DNA from: an uncultured bacterium
GTDB lineage: Bacteria; Verrucomicrobiota; Kiritimatiellia; PWTM01
Direction of reading: 5' to 3'
DNA: 64,000 nt
NCBI GenBank assembly: GCA_937139365.1
Contig: CAKZPT010000062.1
Span: forward strand, 5,422-69,421
Made by a program: the position numbers and the translations under genes. The notes beneath the pieces were generated by a model. That model saw nothing but the letters and a program-made list of their open reading frames with translations. It did no database searches and was not told the DNA's origin. Shown piece after piece: positions 19,392 through 30,016 of the stretch. Every line of letters starts with the position of its first letter. The first letter of the stretch is position 1.

Positions 19392-19871
19392 TCAGTCATC
19401 CGCCGGATGGCCGAGCCGGTCCAATGCCTCCCACGGCCCGGCATCTACGCCGCCGGCCGGGGGACAGCCGCAGGGGCCCTCGTTGAGGTCCCGGCCGCAC
19501 CGGGGGCACAGCCCCCTGCACGACTCCGCGCACAAGGGATGCAGCGGGATCCGCAGCCACAGCGCATCCCTCAGGTCGGGCGTCACGTCCACGTCCCGCT
19601 GGCCCTCGGCCGGCGAATATTCGCACAAGAATGCCGAATCTTCCACGAATGTCGAGAAGTTCCGGCCGCACCTCCGGCAATCCGCCCTCAGCGCGAGTCC
19701 GATCCGGCCGGCGACCACCAGCCGCGCGCCGACCCGGCGGGCGACCAGCCGGTAGCGGATGGCCCCGGCCGGCGTGCAGAGATCGGACGCCTTGAGGCCG
19801 AGGATCGCCGCATCTTCCTCCCCCTCAAAAAGGGATCCTTCGGCCGAAACACTGGAGACCTCAATGCGCAT
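19392..19871 (-). CDS. yceD: YceD/DUF177 protein
   Basis: CRRC, PLCAESCRGLCPRCGRDLN..PCGC, PWEALD. Lies upstream of rpmF. Confidence 0.92.
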   Translation of the reverse strand: MRIEVSSVSAEGSLFEGEEDAAILGLKASDLCTPAGAIRYRLVARRVGARLVVAGRIGLALRADCRRCGRNFSTFVEDSAFLCEYSPAEGQRDVDVTPDLRDALWLRIPLHPLCAESCRGLCPRCGRDLNEGPCGCPPAGGVDAGPWEALDRLGHPADD

Positions 19872-20379
19872 CCGACCGCCCCTCTCCCGTCGACCCGAGA
19901 GAGGCCGTCCGCCGCTGCAGCGCGGCCCACGCGGCGGGCGGCACGAAGCTCTGCGCGTCGCCGCCAAGCTCGGCGATCTGCCGCACGGTGCTGGAGCTGA
20001 CGTAGCTGAACTCCTCGCTGGGCATCAGAAACAACGTCTCGATGTCCGGCGCCAGCTTGCGGTTGGTCAGGGCCATCTGGAACTCGAACTCGAAGTCCGA
20101 AAAGGCCCGTAGCCCTCGCACGAGGACGCGCACCCCCCGCCGCCGCGCGTGCTCGACGAGGAGGCCGTCGAAGGGTTCCACCTCCACGTTCGGCAGGTGA
20201 GCCAGCGCCTCGCGGGCGATCGCGACGCGTTCGTCCACGTCGAACAGCGTCCGCTTCGGCGGATGCCGCGCCACGGCGAGGATCAACCGGGGGAAGATGC
20301 CAGCCGCCCGGCTAATGAGGTCCACGTGGCCAAGCGTGATCGGGTCGAAGGTTCCCGCGTACATCGCCGAAGGGTTCAT
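19861..20379 (-). CDS. coaD: Phosphopantetheine adenylyltransferase
   Basis: YAGTFDPITLGH, RGLRAFSDFEFE, VSSSTVR. Confidence 0.97.
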   Translation of the reverse strand: MNPSAMYAGTFDPITLGHVDLISRAAGIFPRLILAVARHPPKRTLFDVDERVAIAREALAHLPNVEVEPFDGLLVEHARRRGVRVLVRGLRAFSDFEFEFQMALTNRKLAPDIETLFLMPSEEFSYVSSSTVRQIAELGGDAQSFVPPAAWAALQRRTASLGSTGEGRSDAH

Positions 20380-20408
20380 CGTTCGTCTCCGCCCGGGTCG
20401 TGGTCGAT

Positions 20409-20933
20409 TCAGAGCGCAAGCGGCGCGAACACCGCTCGCCCGCCCAGCCGTTCCCGACCGCGCAGGCCGCACAACTCCACCAAAAAATCGAACTCGACCA
20501 CGCGTCCGCCGAGCGCCTCCACCAGCCCGCCCGCGGCCGCCGCGGTGCCCCCCGTCGCCAGCAGGTCGTCGAAGACCACCACCCGCGCCCCTCTCGCAAC
20601 CGAATCCGCGTGGATTTCCAGCGAGGCCGAGCCGTATTCGAGCAAGTACTCCACCGACTGCGTCCTCCAGGGGAGTTTGCCCTTTTTCCGGATGGGGACC
20701 AGCGGCAGGCCCAGTTCGGCCGCGATGGCTCCGGCGAACAGGAAACCGCGGGCCTCGACGGCCGCGATCGCGTCCGCCCCTCCACGGCGATGCCGGTCGA
20801 CAAAAAGCCCCACCGCCGCGCGGAACAGCGCCGGATCGCCCAGAATCGGCGTCAGGTCCCGAAACAGGATCCCCGGTTTGGGAAAGTCCGGGACGTCGCG
20901 GATCGCACGCCGAAGCCGTTCAACGACGTCCAT
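20409..20933 (-). CDS. apt: Adenine phosphoribosyltransferase
   Basis: DFPKPGILFRD, EARGF, RKKGKLP, DDLLATGGT. Confidence 0.97.
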   Translation of the reverse strand: MDVVERLRRAIRDVPDFPKPGILFRDLTPILGDPALFRAAVGLFVDRHRRGGADAIAAVEARGFLFAGAIAAELGLPLVPIRKKGKLPWRTQSVEYLLEYGSASLEIHADSVARGARVVVFDDLLATGGTAAAAGGLVEALGGRVVEFDFLVELCGLRGRERLGGRAVFAPLAL

Positions 20934-22002
20934 GACCGCCCTTTCGCCGCCGACGGCCGGCGGCTCGCCGTTGACGCTTCGCCGAAACGGACCGCCGGCG
21001 CGGCGTCCCTGCCGTTTTCGCCGGCCGCCGCGCGGCGCGTTGTCGGGCCCGCCGCGGCCGGCGGGCAGTTTTGGCGTGGCGGGGAGCCATAGCCGTCGTG
21101 TTATCGCCGTCGGCCGACGGGGCCGCCGCGGCCGCCGCCATCTCCTCCGGCGCGAACGGCGCCTCCGGCGGCGGGTAGTTCGGCCGCGGGACTTTTTCCT
21201 CGAGCAGGTCCCGCAGCTTCGACAGGGCGCTGTTTTGGAGCTGCCGCACGCGCTCGCGGGTGATGCGAAACCGCTTGCCGACATCCTCGAGCGTCTCGAT
21301 GGGGGCGCCCTGCAGGCCGAAGCGGTATTTCAGAATCTCGCGCTCGCGCAGCGGCAGATAGCGCAGCAGCCGCGTTGCCTCGCTCTTCAACTGGGCGTCG
21401 TTGATCTCCTCGAACGGCGTGCGCGCGCGCTCGTCCCCGATGATGTCGCCGAACGTGCCGCCGTCGTCGTCGCCGATCGGCGCGTCGAGCGACGCGGGCC
21501 GAATGGCGACCGTCTGCCAGTGGCTGACGGTGGACTCTTCCACCCCCAGCTCCGCCGCCAGCTCGGCGTCGGTGGGGTCCCGCCCGAGTTCCTCCGAGAG
21601 CTTGCGCTCCGCCTTTCGCATCCGTGAAATCTTGTCCACCAGGTGGGCCGGCAGGCGGATCGTCTTGCTCTGGTTGGCCAGCGCCCGCTTGATCGCCTGT
21701 TTGATCCACCAAGCGGCGTAGGTGCTGAGCTTGCCGCCCTTTTTCGGGTCGAACCGCTCGACGGCCTTGACCAGCCCGATGTTGCCTTCGGAGATCAAAT
21801 CCAGCAGCGGCAGGCCGTACCGGGCGTAATCCTGCGCGATTTTGACCACCAGCCGGAGGTTGGCGGCGATCATCTGCTGGCGGGCCTCCCGGTCGCCACG
21901 CCGGATGCGCGCCGCCAGCTTGACCTCCTCCCTGGGGGTCAGCAGATCCACCTCGCCGATCTCCTGCAGATAGAGGCGGATCGTCTTGTCGCTTTCGCCC
22001 AT
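20920..22002 (-). CDS. RNA polymerase sigma70 factor, RpoD/RpoS-like without region 1.1
   Basis: [54 protein letters not shown], plus a basic C-terminal tail. Confidence 0.94.
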   Translation of the reverse strand: MGESDKTIRLYLQEIGEVDLLTPREEVKLAARIRRGDREARQQMIAANLRLVVKIAQDYARYGLPLLDLISEGNIGLVKAVERFDPKKGGKLSTYAAWWIKQAIKRALANQSKTIRLPAHLVDKISRMRKAERKLSEELGRDPTDAELAAELGVEESTVSHWQTVAIRPASLDAPIGDDDGGTFGDIIGDERARTPFEEINDAQLKSEATRLLRYLPLREREILKYRFGLQGAPIETLEDVGKRFRITRERVRQLQNSALSKLRDLLEEKVPRPNYPPPEAPFAPEEMAAAAAAPSADGDNTTAMAPRHAKTARRPRRARQRAARRPAKTAGTPRRRSVSAKRQRRAAGRRRRKGGHGRR

Positions 22003-22090
22003 GATCTCGCCTGTCTCCCACCCCACGCGGCCGACCGCCGCCCCGGGAAGGCTCATGATGGCACATTCCGGACCCGTGCGGAAGGCGGAT

Positions 22091-22119
22091 TTGCCTTATC
22101 CGCCCGACACCCCTACCAT
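22091..22119 (+). promoter_or_regulatory. Candidate promoter for the phosphatase-RpiB-GlyA fusion
   Basis: TTGCCT-N17-TACCAT, 24 nt before ATG 22144. Confidence 0.45.
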
Positions 22120-22143
22120 CGGCGGCCGTCCGATGCACCGGCG

Positions 22144-24318
22144 ATGACGCGCGAGTCCCCAACCATCCTGTTCGTCTGCACCGGCAACACCTGCCGCAGC
22201 CCGATGGCCGAAGCGCTGTTCCGCCTGCGGGCCGGACTCGGCAGCCGATGGCGGGCCGTCTCTGCCGGCGTCGCCGCCATGGGGGGCCTGCCCGCCACCC
22301 CGGAAAGCGTCGAGGTCGTTCGCGAAGCCGGCGGCGACCTCTCGGGCCACCGGACCCGCCGACTGACGGCCGAGCTGGTCGCGCAGGCCGACATCATCGT
22401 CGCGATGAGCCGCTCGCACGCCCGCCAGGTGGCCGACGCCTTTCCTGAGGCCGCCGGCCGCATCCGGCTGCTCTCCTCCTACCGGGTCGGCGGGGTCGAG
22501 CAGGACATCGCCGACCCCGTCGGCCAGTCTCTGTTTGTCTATCGGAAAATTCGGGACGAAATTGACAGCGCCATCGCCGACCTCCTGATCGAGCTGCATC
22601 GGCCGACACAGCCGGCGGAGGCGCCACGGAGGGCCACGATGAGGATCGCGATCGGTTCGGATCATGGCGGATGGGAGATGAAACGGCGGGCGGTCGAGTG
22701 GCTGACGGCCCGTGGGCACGAGGTGCTCGATCTGGGCCCGGAGACCGCCGAGCCGGTGGATTACCCCGACTACGCCGCGGAGGTCGCCCGGCGCGTCGCG
22801 TCGGGTGGCGCAGAGACGGGCATCGTGCTGTGCACCAGCGGCATCGGGGCCTCGATCGCGGCCAACAAGGTGCCGGGCGTGCGCGCAGCCCTCTGCCTGA
22901 CCCCCCACATGGCCGAAATGGCCCGCCGCCACAACAACGCCAACGTGCTGGCCCTCGGCGGCGAGACGGTTCCCGCCGACCAGCTCGGGCCCATTCTCGA
23001 GGCATGGCTGGGTGCGGGGTTCGAAGCGGGCCGCCACGAACGCCGCGTCGGAAAGATCGCGCGCATCGAGCGGGAGGAGGCCGCCATGGCCGCGCTGGCC
23101 GCCACCGATCCCGAGGTGGCCGCCGCCATCGCCGTCGAGGCCCGCCGGCAGACGGACAACCTCGAGCTGATCGCCTCGGAAAACTACACCAGCCCCGCCG
23201 TGCGCGAGGCGGTGGGGTCGGTCCTCACCAACAAGTACGCCGAGGGCTATCCGGGCCGGCGGTGGTACGGCGGCTGCGAGCACGTGGATGTCGTCGAGCG
23301 CCTGGCCATCGAGCGCGCCAAAGCCCTGTTCGGCGCCGAGCACGCCAACGTCCAACCCCACTCCGGCAGCACGGCCAACATGGCCGTCTATTTTGCCCTC
23401 CTCGAGCCCGGCGACACGCTAATGGCGATGAGCCTGGCCGACGGCGGCCATCTCACCCACGGCCACCCAATGAACTTCTCCGGCCGCTTCTTCCGCATTG
23501 TGCCCTACGGCGTCTCACGCGAGACGGAGCGGATCGACTACGACGCCCTTGAGCGGCTGGCCACCGAACACCGTCCGAAGATGATCTGCGCCGGCGCCAG
23601 CGCCTACCCGCGCATCATCGACTTCGAACGGCTGCGGGCCATCGCCGACTCGGTCGGCGCGCTGCTGATGGTGGACATGGCCCACATCGCCGGTCTGGTC
23701 GCCGGCGGCGCACATCCCAACCCCGTGCCGTGGTGCGACGTGGTCACGACCACCACCCACAAGACCCTGCGCGGCCCCCGGGCGGGGCTGATCCTCTGCC
23801 GCGAAAAGCACGCCGCCGCCATCGACAAACAGTGCTTCCCCGGCATCCAGGGCGGTCCCCTGATGCACGTGATCGCCGGCAAGGCCGTCTGCCTTCGGGA
23901 GGCCGCCGCGCCGGAGTTTCGCGACTACGCCGCCCGGATCGTCCGCAACGCCCAGGTGCTCGCCCGCGTCCTCGTCGAAGGGGGACTGCGCATCGTGTCG
24001 GGAGGCACCGACAACCACCTGATGTTGGTGGACGTCACCCCCTTCAAGCTTACCGGCAAGGACGCCGCCGCCGCCCTCGACCGCGCCTGCATCACGGTCA
24101 ACAAGAACGCGATCCCGTTCGACACGCGCAGCCCATTCGTCACCTCCGGCATCCGCATCGGCACCCCCGCCGTCACCACCCGCGGCATGGGCGAGGCGGA
24201 GATGGAGGTCATCGGCCGGTGCATCCTCGGGGTCCTTCGCGCTCCATCCGACGAGACCGCAATCGCGCGCGTCCGCGAGGAGGTCCTCGCCCTCACCCGC
24301 CGCTTCCCGGTGCCCTGA
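22144..24318 (+). CDS. glyA: Triple fusion: LMW protein (arginine) phosphatase / ribose-5-phosphate isomerase B / serine hydroxymethyltransferase
   Basis: One uninterrupted frame. CTGNTCRS...[69 protein letters not shown]. Confidence 0.93.
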   Translation: MTRESPTILFVCTGNTCRSPMAEALFRLRAGLGSRWRAVSAGVAAMGGLPATPESVEVVREAGGDLSGHRTRRLTAELVAQADIIVAMSRSHARQVADAFPEAAGRIRLLSSYRVGGVEQDIADPVGQSLFVYRKIRDEIDSAIADLLIELHRPTQPAEAPRRATMRIAIGSDHGGWEMKRRAVEWLTARGHEVLDLGPETAEPVDYPDYAAEVARRVASGGAETGIVLCTSGIGASIAANKVPGVRAALCLTPHMAEMARRHNNANVLALGGETVPADQLGPILEAWLGAGFEAGRHERRVGKIARIEREEAAMAALAATDPEVAAAIAVEARRQTDNLELIASENYTSPAVREAVGSVLTNKYAEGYPGRRWYGGCEHVDVVERLAIERAKALFGAEHANVQPHSGSTANMAVYFALLEPGDTLMAMSLADGGHLTHGHPMNFSGRFFRIVPYGVSRETERIDYDALERLATEHRPKMICAGASAYPRIIDFERLRAIADSVGALLMVDMAHIAGLVAGGAHPNPVPWCDVVTTTTHKTLRGPRAGLILCREKHAAAIDKQCFPGIQGGPLMHVIAGKAVCLREAAAPEFRDYAARIVRNAQVLARVLVEGGLRIVSGGTDNHLMLVDVTPFKLTGKDAAAALDRACITVNKNAIPFDTRSPFVTSGIRIGTPAVTTRGMGEAEMEVIGRCILGVLRAPSDETAIARVREEVLALTRRFPVP

Positions 24319-24379
24319 GCGCCGGTCCCGGCATCGTGAAGGCCGCCGGCGCCCGATCGCCGAGTCCGGCACCGCCGGA

Positions 24380-24460
24380 GTTCCAACCCTTGGACAAACG
24401 GCCACCGGCGGGTTCCAAGGTTTGGACAGTATGCCGTCTGTAGGTGCCCATGGTTGGACA
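24380..24460. repeat. Three phased palindromic repeats (gTTCCAAnnnTTGGACA) with exact 32-bp period
   Basis: TTCCAACCCTTGGACA at 24381, TTCCAAGGTTTGGACA at 24413, TGCCCATGGTTGGACA at 24445. Spacers are unique and about 15 bp. Confidence 0.75.
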
Positions 24461-24686
24461 CGCCGGCGGCTCGCCACTGCCGGCATCGTCAGGAACTCGG
24501 AGCAGAAGGCCACGGAGGCGGCTGCGCGCAGCCCCTCCGCCCGGGGAGCACGAGCCATCTTCCCATCGGGCCCGGGCGCGTCGCCTACCGGCGGCACACG
24601 GGCCGGCTGGCCACCGGCGCCGCCGTCGGTTAACCTGCCGGCGCGCCCGCCGACGGGGTTGGGTGCCACGTTTGAAAGGGGGTCGC

Positions 24687-25947
24687 ATGAAAGCGCGGAG
24701 TGTCGCGGCCTGGGCGGTGGCCTGGGCGGCGGCATGGAGTGGGGCGCGGGAGGAGACGGCCGCCCGATGGCCGTGATGGCGCGGCCCGGCGGACAACGCG
24801 GTCGTCGCGCAGGACCTGCCGATCCATTGGAGCGCCGATTCGAACGTCACATGGAGCGCGGCTCTGCCCGGCCGCGGCGCCTCGACGCCGGTCGTGTGGG
24901 ACGGTCGCATCGTGCTCACGCGCCGGTGGAGGGCCACGATGGCGTGCTGGCGTTCGACCTGGCGGGCCGTGAGCTTTGGCGGCGGACGTTCGGACCCGCC
25001 CGCCGCGCCACCGGTCGGCCTCCAGTTGCAACCCCTCGCCGGTCACCGACGGCCGCCTCGTCTGGGTGTATTTCAAGAGCGGTACGCTGGCAGCCCTCAC
25101 GTTGGACGGCACAACGGTGTGGGCCCGTTCGGTCGAGGAGGAGTTCGGGCCTGACCATCTGGTTTGGGACGTCGGCACCTCGCCGGTGCTGACCTCCAAC
25201 CACGTGGTGCTCTCGGTGATGAACGGGCCGGCGTCCCACCTGGCCGCGTGGGACCGGGCGACGGGTCGGCTTGCCTGGCGGGTGCCGCGGGCCTGGCCCT
25301 GTGCATACGAGGCCGATCAGGGATACACGACGCCGATGGTTCTATCCCACCGCGGCCGTGAGGCCGTGCTGGTCTGGAACGCGGAACACGTGACGTTGCA
25401 CGACGCGCGGGACGGCTCGGTGATCTGGGACTGCGGCGGGCTGAACCCCGAAGGCCGCAGCAACTGGCCGCCGGTCGCATCGCCGGCGCTGGCCGACGGC
25501 ATGATCCTGGTGCCCTACGGACGCGGCCAGCGCCTGTTCGGCCTGGCGCTCGAAGGCGAGGGCGACGTCACCGCCACCGCGCACCGGTGGATGCGATCCG
25601 ACACCGGCAGCTACGTCCCCACGCCGCTGGTCTGGCGCGGCCGGCTGATCCTGCTGCGCGATCGGCACGAAGCCGAATGCATCGAGCCGGCGACCGGCCG
25701 CACGCTGTGGACCGGCCGGCTCGAGCGCAGCCCAACGCCCTTCTACGCCTCGCCGTTGATCGCGGCCGATCGCCTCTACGCGGTGCGCGAGGACGGCATG
25801 GTGTTCGTCGCGGCGTTGGACCCGGAGTTTCGGGTGCTGGCCCGGAACGCGATGGGCGAGCCGATCTGGGCCTCGCCGGTGCCCCTCGGGCGCCGCCTGT
25901 TGCTGCGCGGCGAGCGGCATCTATTCTGCATCGGGCCGCCGATCTGA
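24687..25947 (+). pseudogene. PQQ-like beta-propeller (BamB-like) secreted protein, disrupted
   Basis: Signal peptide, then WP*WRGP (TGA 24774), LPGRGASTPVVW, two frameshifts near 24920 and 25005, then an intact C-terminal repeat series (SCNPSPVTDG...FYASP...IWASP). Confidence 0.85.
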
Positions 25948-26345
25948 GCGGTGGGCCTGCGGGATCGGGGCGCCAGCGGCGCGCCCCCGCGCCCGCTCGT
26001 CCAGGTCGGCCAGCGTGAAGCGCACGCTTCGAATGTACGGGGGGCGGCCCGCATCCCATGTCCCGTAGGTCGTGACGACGATCGTGCCGTCGGGCAGAAC
26101 CTCGACGCCGGGGTAGGTCGTGTCCCACCCGCGTCGGTTGTCCAGCAGCCGGATATAGTACTGGCCGGGCCGGCCGAGGACGAGGTCGTCCCACGAGCCC
26201 GCCCATGCGACGCAGTCGCCCTCGAACGGACTGCCGACGCCGGCCTTGTCGACGTCCTCGTCCACGCCGAACGGCCGTCCGCGCGCGTCCGCCGGCGTGA
26301 CGGCGCGGAACACACAGACCACCCGTCCGTCCGGCGCGCGGCGCG
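25921..26345 (-). pseudogene. Sialidase-like (BNR) protein C-terminal fragment
   Basis: APDGRVVCVFR...GDCVAWAGSWDDL..GQY.IRLLDN..DTTYPGVEVLPDGTIVVTTYG.W...PYIRSVRFTL. There is no room for the N-terminus before the tRNA promoter. Confidence 0.65.
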
Positions 26346-26403
26346 CGCTTGGCCGGACATGTACGGCGCTGCGGCCCGCTGTGCAGGAGTGGCGCGCAGG
26401 CAT

Positions 26404-26432
26404 TTGACCGCGCGCCCCGCCATCCGTACGAT
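26404..26432 (+). promoter_or_regulatory. sigma70 promoter for tRNA-Lys
   Basis: TTGACC-N17-TACGAT, 14 nt before the tRNA. Confidence 0.7.
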
Positions 26433-26446
26433 GAGCGTCTGGCGGC

Positions 26447-26522
26447 GGGCCGGTAGCTCAGTCGGCAGAGCACGACACTTTTAATGTTGGGGTCGCGGGT
26501 TCGATTCCCGCCCGGCTCACCA
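26447..26522 (+). tRNA. tRNA-Lys(TTT)
   Basis: GGGCCGGTAGCTCAGTCGGCAGAGCACGACACTTTTAATGTTGGGGTCGCGGGTTCGATTCCCGCCCGGCTCACCA. Confidence 0.97.
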
Positions 26523-26566
26523 GAACGTCCCGGAGCGTTCCCCCGCCCCATCCCAGGAAATGCCAG

Positions 26567-27550
26567 GTGCCGGGCCGACACCCAATCCGCAGCGTGTTCG
26601 AGCTGGCCGCCACCCGCGCCGCCCGGGTCGTCGTCCCCGGTCTGCCGCGGTCGGCCGTGGTGCGGATGGCGCACGCCTTGGGCCGCGCCGCGGCGGCCAC
26701 GCCCTCGCATGTCCGGCGGGTCGCCCTGGCCAACCTGCGCCTGGCGTTCGGGGATGGCATGACGGCCGCAGAGCGGCAGGCGACGGTCCGAACCTCGTTC
26801 CAGAGTTTCGCGCTGGCGCTGTTGGACGTGCTCTGGTTCAGCCGCAATCCCTTCGAACGCCTGGCCCGTCACGTCCGGTGGGACCCTGCCGTGCTGGACC
26901 TCCTGCGCGCCCCCGGCCCGCAGGTGCTGCTGACCGGCCACGTCGGCAACTGGGAGACGCTGGGCCAGTCGCTGGCCGCCACCGGCGTGCCGCTGATGAG
27001 CGTGGCCGCGCCGTTGGCCAATCCGGCGGTGGACCGCCTTCTGCTCGAGATGCGCCGCGCCTCGGGCCAGGTCATCGTGGCCCAGCGGGGCGCCGTACTG
27101 CGCCTGATCCGCCACCTGCGCGCCGGCGGCAAGGTCGCGATGCTCCTGGACCAGAACGTGAAACCGGAGGAGGGCGGGGTGTTCGTGCCCTTCTTCGGCC
27201 TGCCGGTGCCCGTCTCCGCCGCCGCCGCCGCCCTGGCGTTGCGGCTGCGGTGCCCGCTTCGATCGGCGCATCTGCTGGCCGACGAGGCCGGGGACTACCA
27301 AGTGGTCGGTTTTCTTTCGCTCGAGCCCGTGGATGCGTCCGCGCCCGGCGCTGTCGAGACGCTCACCGCCCGCCTCACCGCCCACTGCGAGTCCGTGGTC
27401 CGGAGCCATCCCGGCCACTGGCTGTGGAGCTACAAGCGATGGAAGCATGTCCCGCCCGGCGAGGATCCCCGCCGGTTCCCCTTCTACGCAAAACCCTATG
27501 TCCCTCCTGCATTACACCGGACTCCGATCCGGGACGCTTCTCCTGTTTGA
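26567..27550 (+). CDS. Lipid A/lysophospholipid acyltransferase (LpxL/HtrB family)
   Basis: ANLRLAFG, TGHVGNWE, LLDQN, FVPFFG, PGHWLWSYKRWK. Confidence 0.92.
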   Translation: MPGRHPIRSVFELAATRAARVVVPGLPRSAVVRMAHALGRAAAATPSHVRRVALANLRLAFGDGMTAAERQATVRTSFQSFALALLDVLWFSRNPFERLARHVRWDPAVLDLLRAPGPQVLLTGHVGNWETLGQSLAATGVPLMSVAAPLANPAVDRLLLEMRRASGQVIVAQRGAVLRLIRHLRAGGKVAMLLDQNVKPEEGGVFVPFFGLPVPVSAAAAALALRLRCPLRSAHLLADEAGDYQVVGFLSLEPVDASAPGAVETLTARLTAHCESVVRSHPGHWLWSYKRWKHVPPGEDPRRFPFYAKPYVPPALHRTPIRDASPV

Positions 27551-27596
27551 AGACGCGTCGGGCCCGACGTAGAGTCCGTGTGACCCGGCATCGCCG

Positions 27597-28349
27597 ATGA
27601 GGTTTCTTCTCTACAACATCCGCTACGGCACCGGCGGCGTCCCGGGGCGGGGCCCCTTTCAGTTTTTCCGCACCACCGGCCGCCATCTCGAACGGATCGT
27701 GGAGTTCATCCGCGAGGTCAACCCCGACGTCGCCGGCCTGGTCGAGGTGGACGCCGGATCGTACCGGTCGTTCCGTCGAAACCAGGCCCACGTGATCGCC
27801 GAACGCCTGGGCCATCATCACGCCTATTGCTCGAAGTATGCCGTCGGTTCGCTCACCTCCCGTCTTCCCATCCTAAGCAAGCAGGGCAACGCCTTCGTGG
27901 TCCGCGACAGCCGCCGCAGCGTTCGCGCCCACTACTTCCGGCGGGGCGTCAAGCGGATGGTGCTCGAACTCGAGCTGTCCGAGGTGGTGTTCTTTCTCGT
28001 CCACCTCGCGCTGCGCGGGCACGTCCGCACCCACCAGCTCGAAGACCTCTACCACCTCATCCGCCACGTGCGGAAACCGATGATCGTCGCCGGCGACTTC
28101 AACGCGTTCTGGGGGCCTCAGGAGATCGCGTTGTTCCGCGCAGCGCTCGAACTCAAAAGCGCTGACGCCCTGGACCGGCCCACCTGGCCCAGTTGGCAGC
28201 CGCACCGCCAACTCGATTTCATCCTCCACAGCGCCGGCATCGTCGTGGACCGGCTCGAGGTGCCGAATGTGCTGCTCTCCGACCACCTCCCCGTGATCTG
28301 TGATTTTCACCTCCAGCCTGGCCGCCACACGCCCCACAAACACGCCTGA
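27597..28349 (+). CDS. Endonuclease/exonuclease/phosphatase family protein
   Basis: LYNI, GLVEVD, GN, HL, AGDFN, LDFI, SDHLP. Confidence 0.92.
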   Translation: MRFLLYNIRYGTGGVPGRGPFQFFRTTGRHLERIVEFIREVNPDVAGLVEVDAGSYRSFRRNQAHVIAERLGHHHAYCSKYAVGSLTSRLPILSKQGNAFVVRDSRRSVRAHYFRRGVKRMVLELELSEVVFFLVHLALRGHVRTHQLEDLYHLIRHVRKPMIVAGDFNAFWGPQEIALFRAALELKSADALDRPTWPSWQPHRQLDFILHSAGIVVDRLEVPNVLLSDHLPVICDFHLQPGRHTPHKHA

Positions 28350-28424
28350 CCCCTTTTCCTGGGCCCTCTTGCCGTCCCCACCCATCCTCGTTCAGCCGCT
28401 TTGTCCAATCGAATGTACACGCCG

Positions 28425-28453
28425 TTGACATTTGTATTTCCATCCTCGAGAAT
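28425..28453 (+). promoter_or_regulatory. Candidate promoter of the ROK operon
   Basis: TTGACA-N17-GAGAAT in an AT-richer intergenic region. Confidence 0.5.
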
Positions 28454-28532
28454 GGCCATTGAACCCGTGCCTGTCCCCATGCGGGCCCCCGGTCGGTCCC
28501 ATCGGACGGGCGCAACTGAGGAGCAGGATGTC

Positions 28533-29987
28533 GTGAGAGAGTTGAAGCCCATTCCCATGGCGGTCGTGCCGCCGCTCGATCCCGATTTCGTGCCCGCCGC
28601 ACTCTGGCACCGCGCCTTCGACGAGGCCGCCCACCGGTTGGATGGTCCAGTCCTCGAGTTTGCGTTCGTCCGCCCCGACGGCACGTGTTTCCGCCATTCG
28701 ATGCGCATTCTGCCCCATCGCTCCGACACCGCGTCCCTGAACCTGCGCGCCGTGGAACGGACATTGAAATTCCTGCTGTGGATGAAAGGCGCGTCGCGGA
28801 TCCTCGTGGCGGGCTGCCCGCAGTTGGCCGTGGAACTCGGGCGCATCTACAGCCCGACCGGTGCTCGCGCCTTCGACGACGACCTGATCGGCCGCCGTGT
28901 GTTTTTAGAGCACCTGTCGGTCGAAGCGACCGACGCCCGTGCCCTCCCGCCGCCCAACGAGCCGGTCGTCGCCCTCGGTCGGAACCTCGACGGCTGCCGT
29001 ATCGGCTTCGACCTTGGCGGCAGCGACCGGAAATGCGCCGCCGTCATCGATGGCCAGGTCGTCCACTCCGAAGAGGTTCCCTGGAGCCCGTATTTCGAAA
29101 AGGACCCTATCTACCACATCGAAGGCGTGCGCGATTCTCTTCGCCGCGCGGCGGCCCACCTGCCGCGGGTGGATGCGATCGGCGGCAGCGCAGCGGGGGT
29201 ATACATCCAGAACGAGCCGCGCGTCGCCTCGCTTTTCCGCGGCGTCTCGCCGGAGGAGTTCGAGCGGTCGATCCGTCCGATGTTCCACCGCCTCCGCGAC
29301 GAGTGGAACGGCGTGCCGTTCGTCGTCGCCAACGATGGCGAGGTGACGGCGTTGGCCGGCTCGATGGCGTTGGGGGAGAACGCCGTCCTCGGCGTCTCGA
29401 TGGGCACCAGCGTCGCGGCGGGATGGTGCGACGCGGCCGGCCACATCACGACCTGGCTTAACGAGCTGGCGTTCGTTCCGGTGGACTATCGCGACGGCGC
29501 TCCCGCCGACGAGTGGTCGGGCGACGTCGGTTGCTGTGTGCAGTACTTCAGCCAGCAGGGCGTCGCTCGGCTCGCGGCGAAGGCCGGGATCTCCTTCCCC
29601 GACGCCACACCCGCAGCCGAGCGGCTGGTCGAGGTGCAGCGGCGCATGGCGGCGGGCGACGAGGCGGCGCTGCGCATCTTCGAGACCATCGGCGTGTGCT
29701 TCGGGTACGCGCTGGCGCGGTTCGCGGAGTTCTACCCGATGCGCCACGTCCTGGTCCTGGGCCGCGTGACGTCGGGGGCTGGCGGCGCGGTGATCCTGGA
29801 GCGCGCGACGGACGTCTTGCGCCGTCAGTTCCCGGAGCTGGCCGAGCGCCTGCGCCTGCACACGCCGGACGAACAATCGAAGCGGCACGGGCAGGCGATC
29901 GCCGCCGCGAGCCTGCCGGCGATCCCGTGCGCCCCCGCCTCGACGGAGGAGGCGTTGAGGCTTCTGTCCCCACGGCCTTTCTCGTAA
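28533..29987 (+). CDS. ROK family protein (sugar kinase-like) with N-terminal extension
   Basis: IGFDLGGSDRK, VANDGEVTALAG, MGTSVAAG, WLNELAF, GRVTSG. Start position uncertain. Confidence 0.85.
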   Translation: MRELKPIPMAVVPPLDPDFVPAALWHRAFDEAAHRLDGPVLEFAFVRPDGTCFRHSMRILPHRSDTASLNLRAVERTLKFLLWMKGASRILVAGCPQLAVELGRIYSPTGARAFDDDLIGRRVFLEHLSVEATDARALPPPNEPVVALGRNLDGCRIGFDLGGSDRKCAAVIDGQVVHSEEVPWSPYFEKDPIYHIEGVRDSLRRAAAHLPRVDAIGGSAAGVYIQNEPRVASLFRGVSPEEFERSIRPMFHRLRDEWNGVPFVVANDGEVTALAGSMALGENAVLGVSMGTSVAAGWCDAAGHITTWLNELAFVPVDYRDGAPADEWSGDVGCCVQYFSQQGVARLAAKAGISFPDATPAAERLVEVQRRMAAGDEAALRIFETIGVCFGYALARFAEFYPMRHVLVLGRVTSGAGGAVILERATDVLRRQFPELAERLRLHTPDEQSKRHGQAIAAASLPAIPCAPASTEEALRLLSPRPFS

Positions 29988-30016
29988 AGTAACGCCGATT
30001 CCGCGGGAGCCATTCG

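Noticed and set aside
24380..24460. CRISPR array
   Set aside because: Only three units, with a 16-17-bp repeat and 15-bp spacers that are too short, and no cas genes or leader. Kept as a non-CRISPR repeat finding.
28455..28532. glmS ribozyme or riboswitch in the leader of the amino-sugar operon
   Set aside because: The leader is short and GC-rich, with only generic pairing and no recognisable conserved core.
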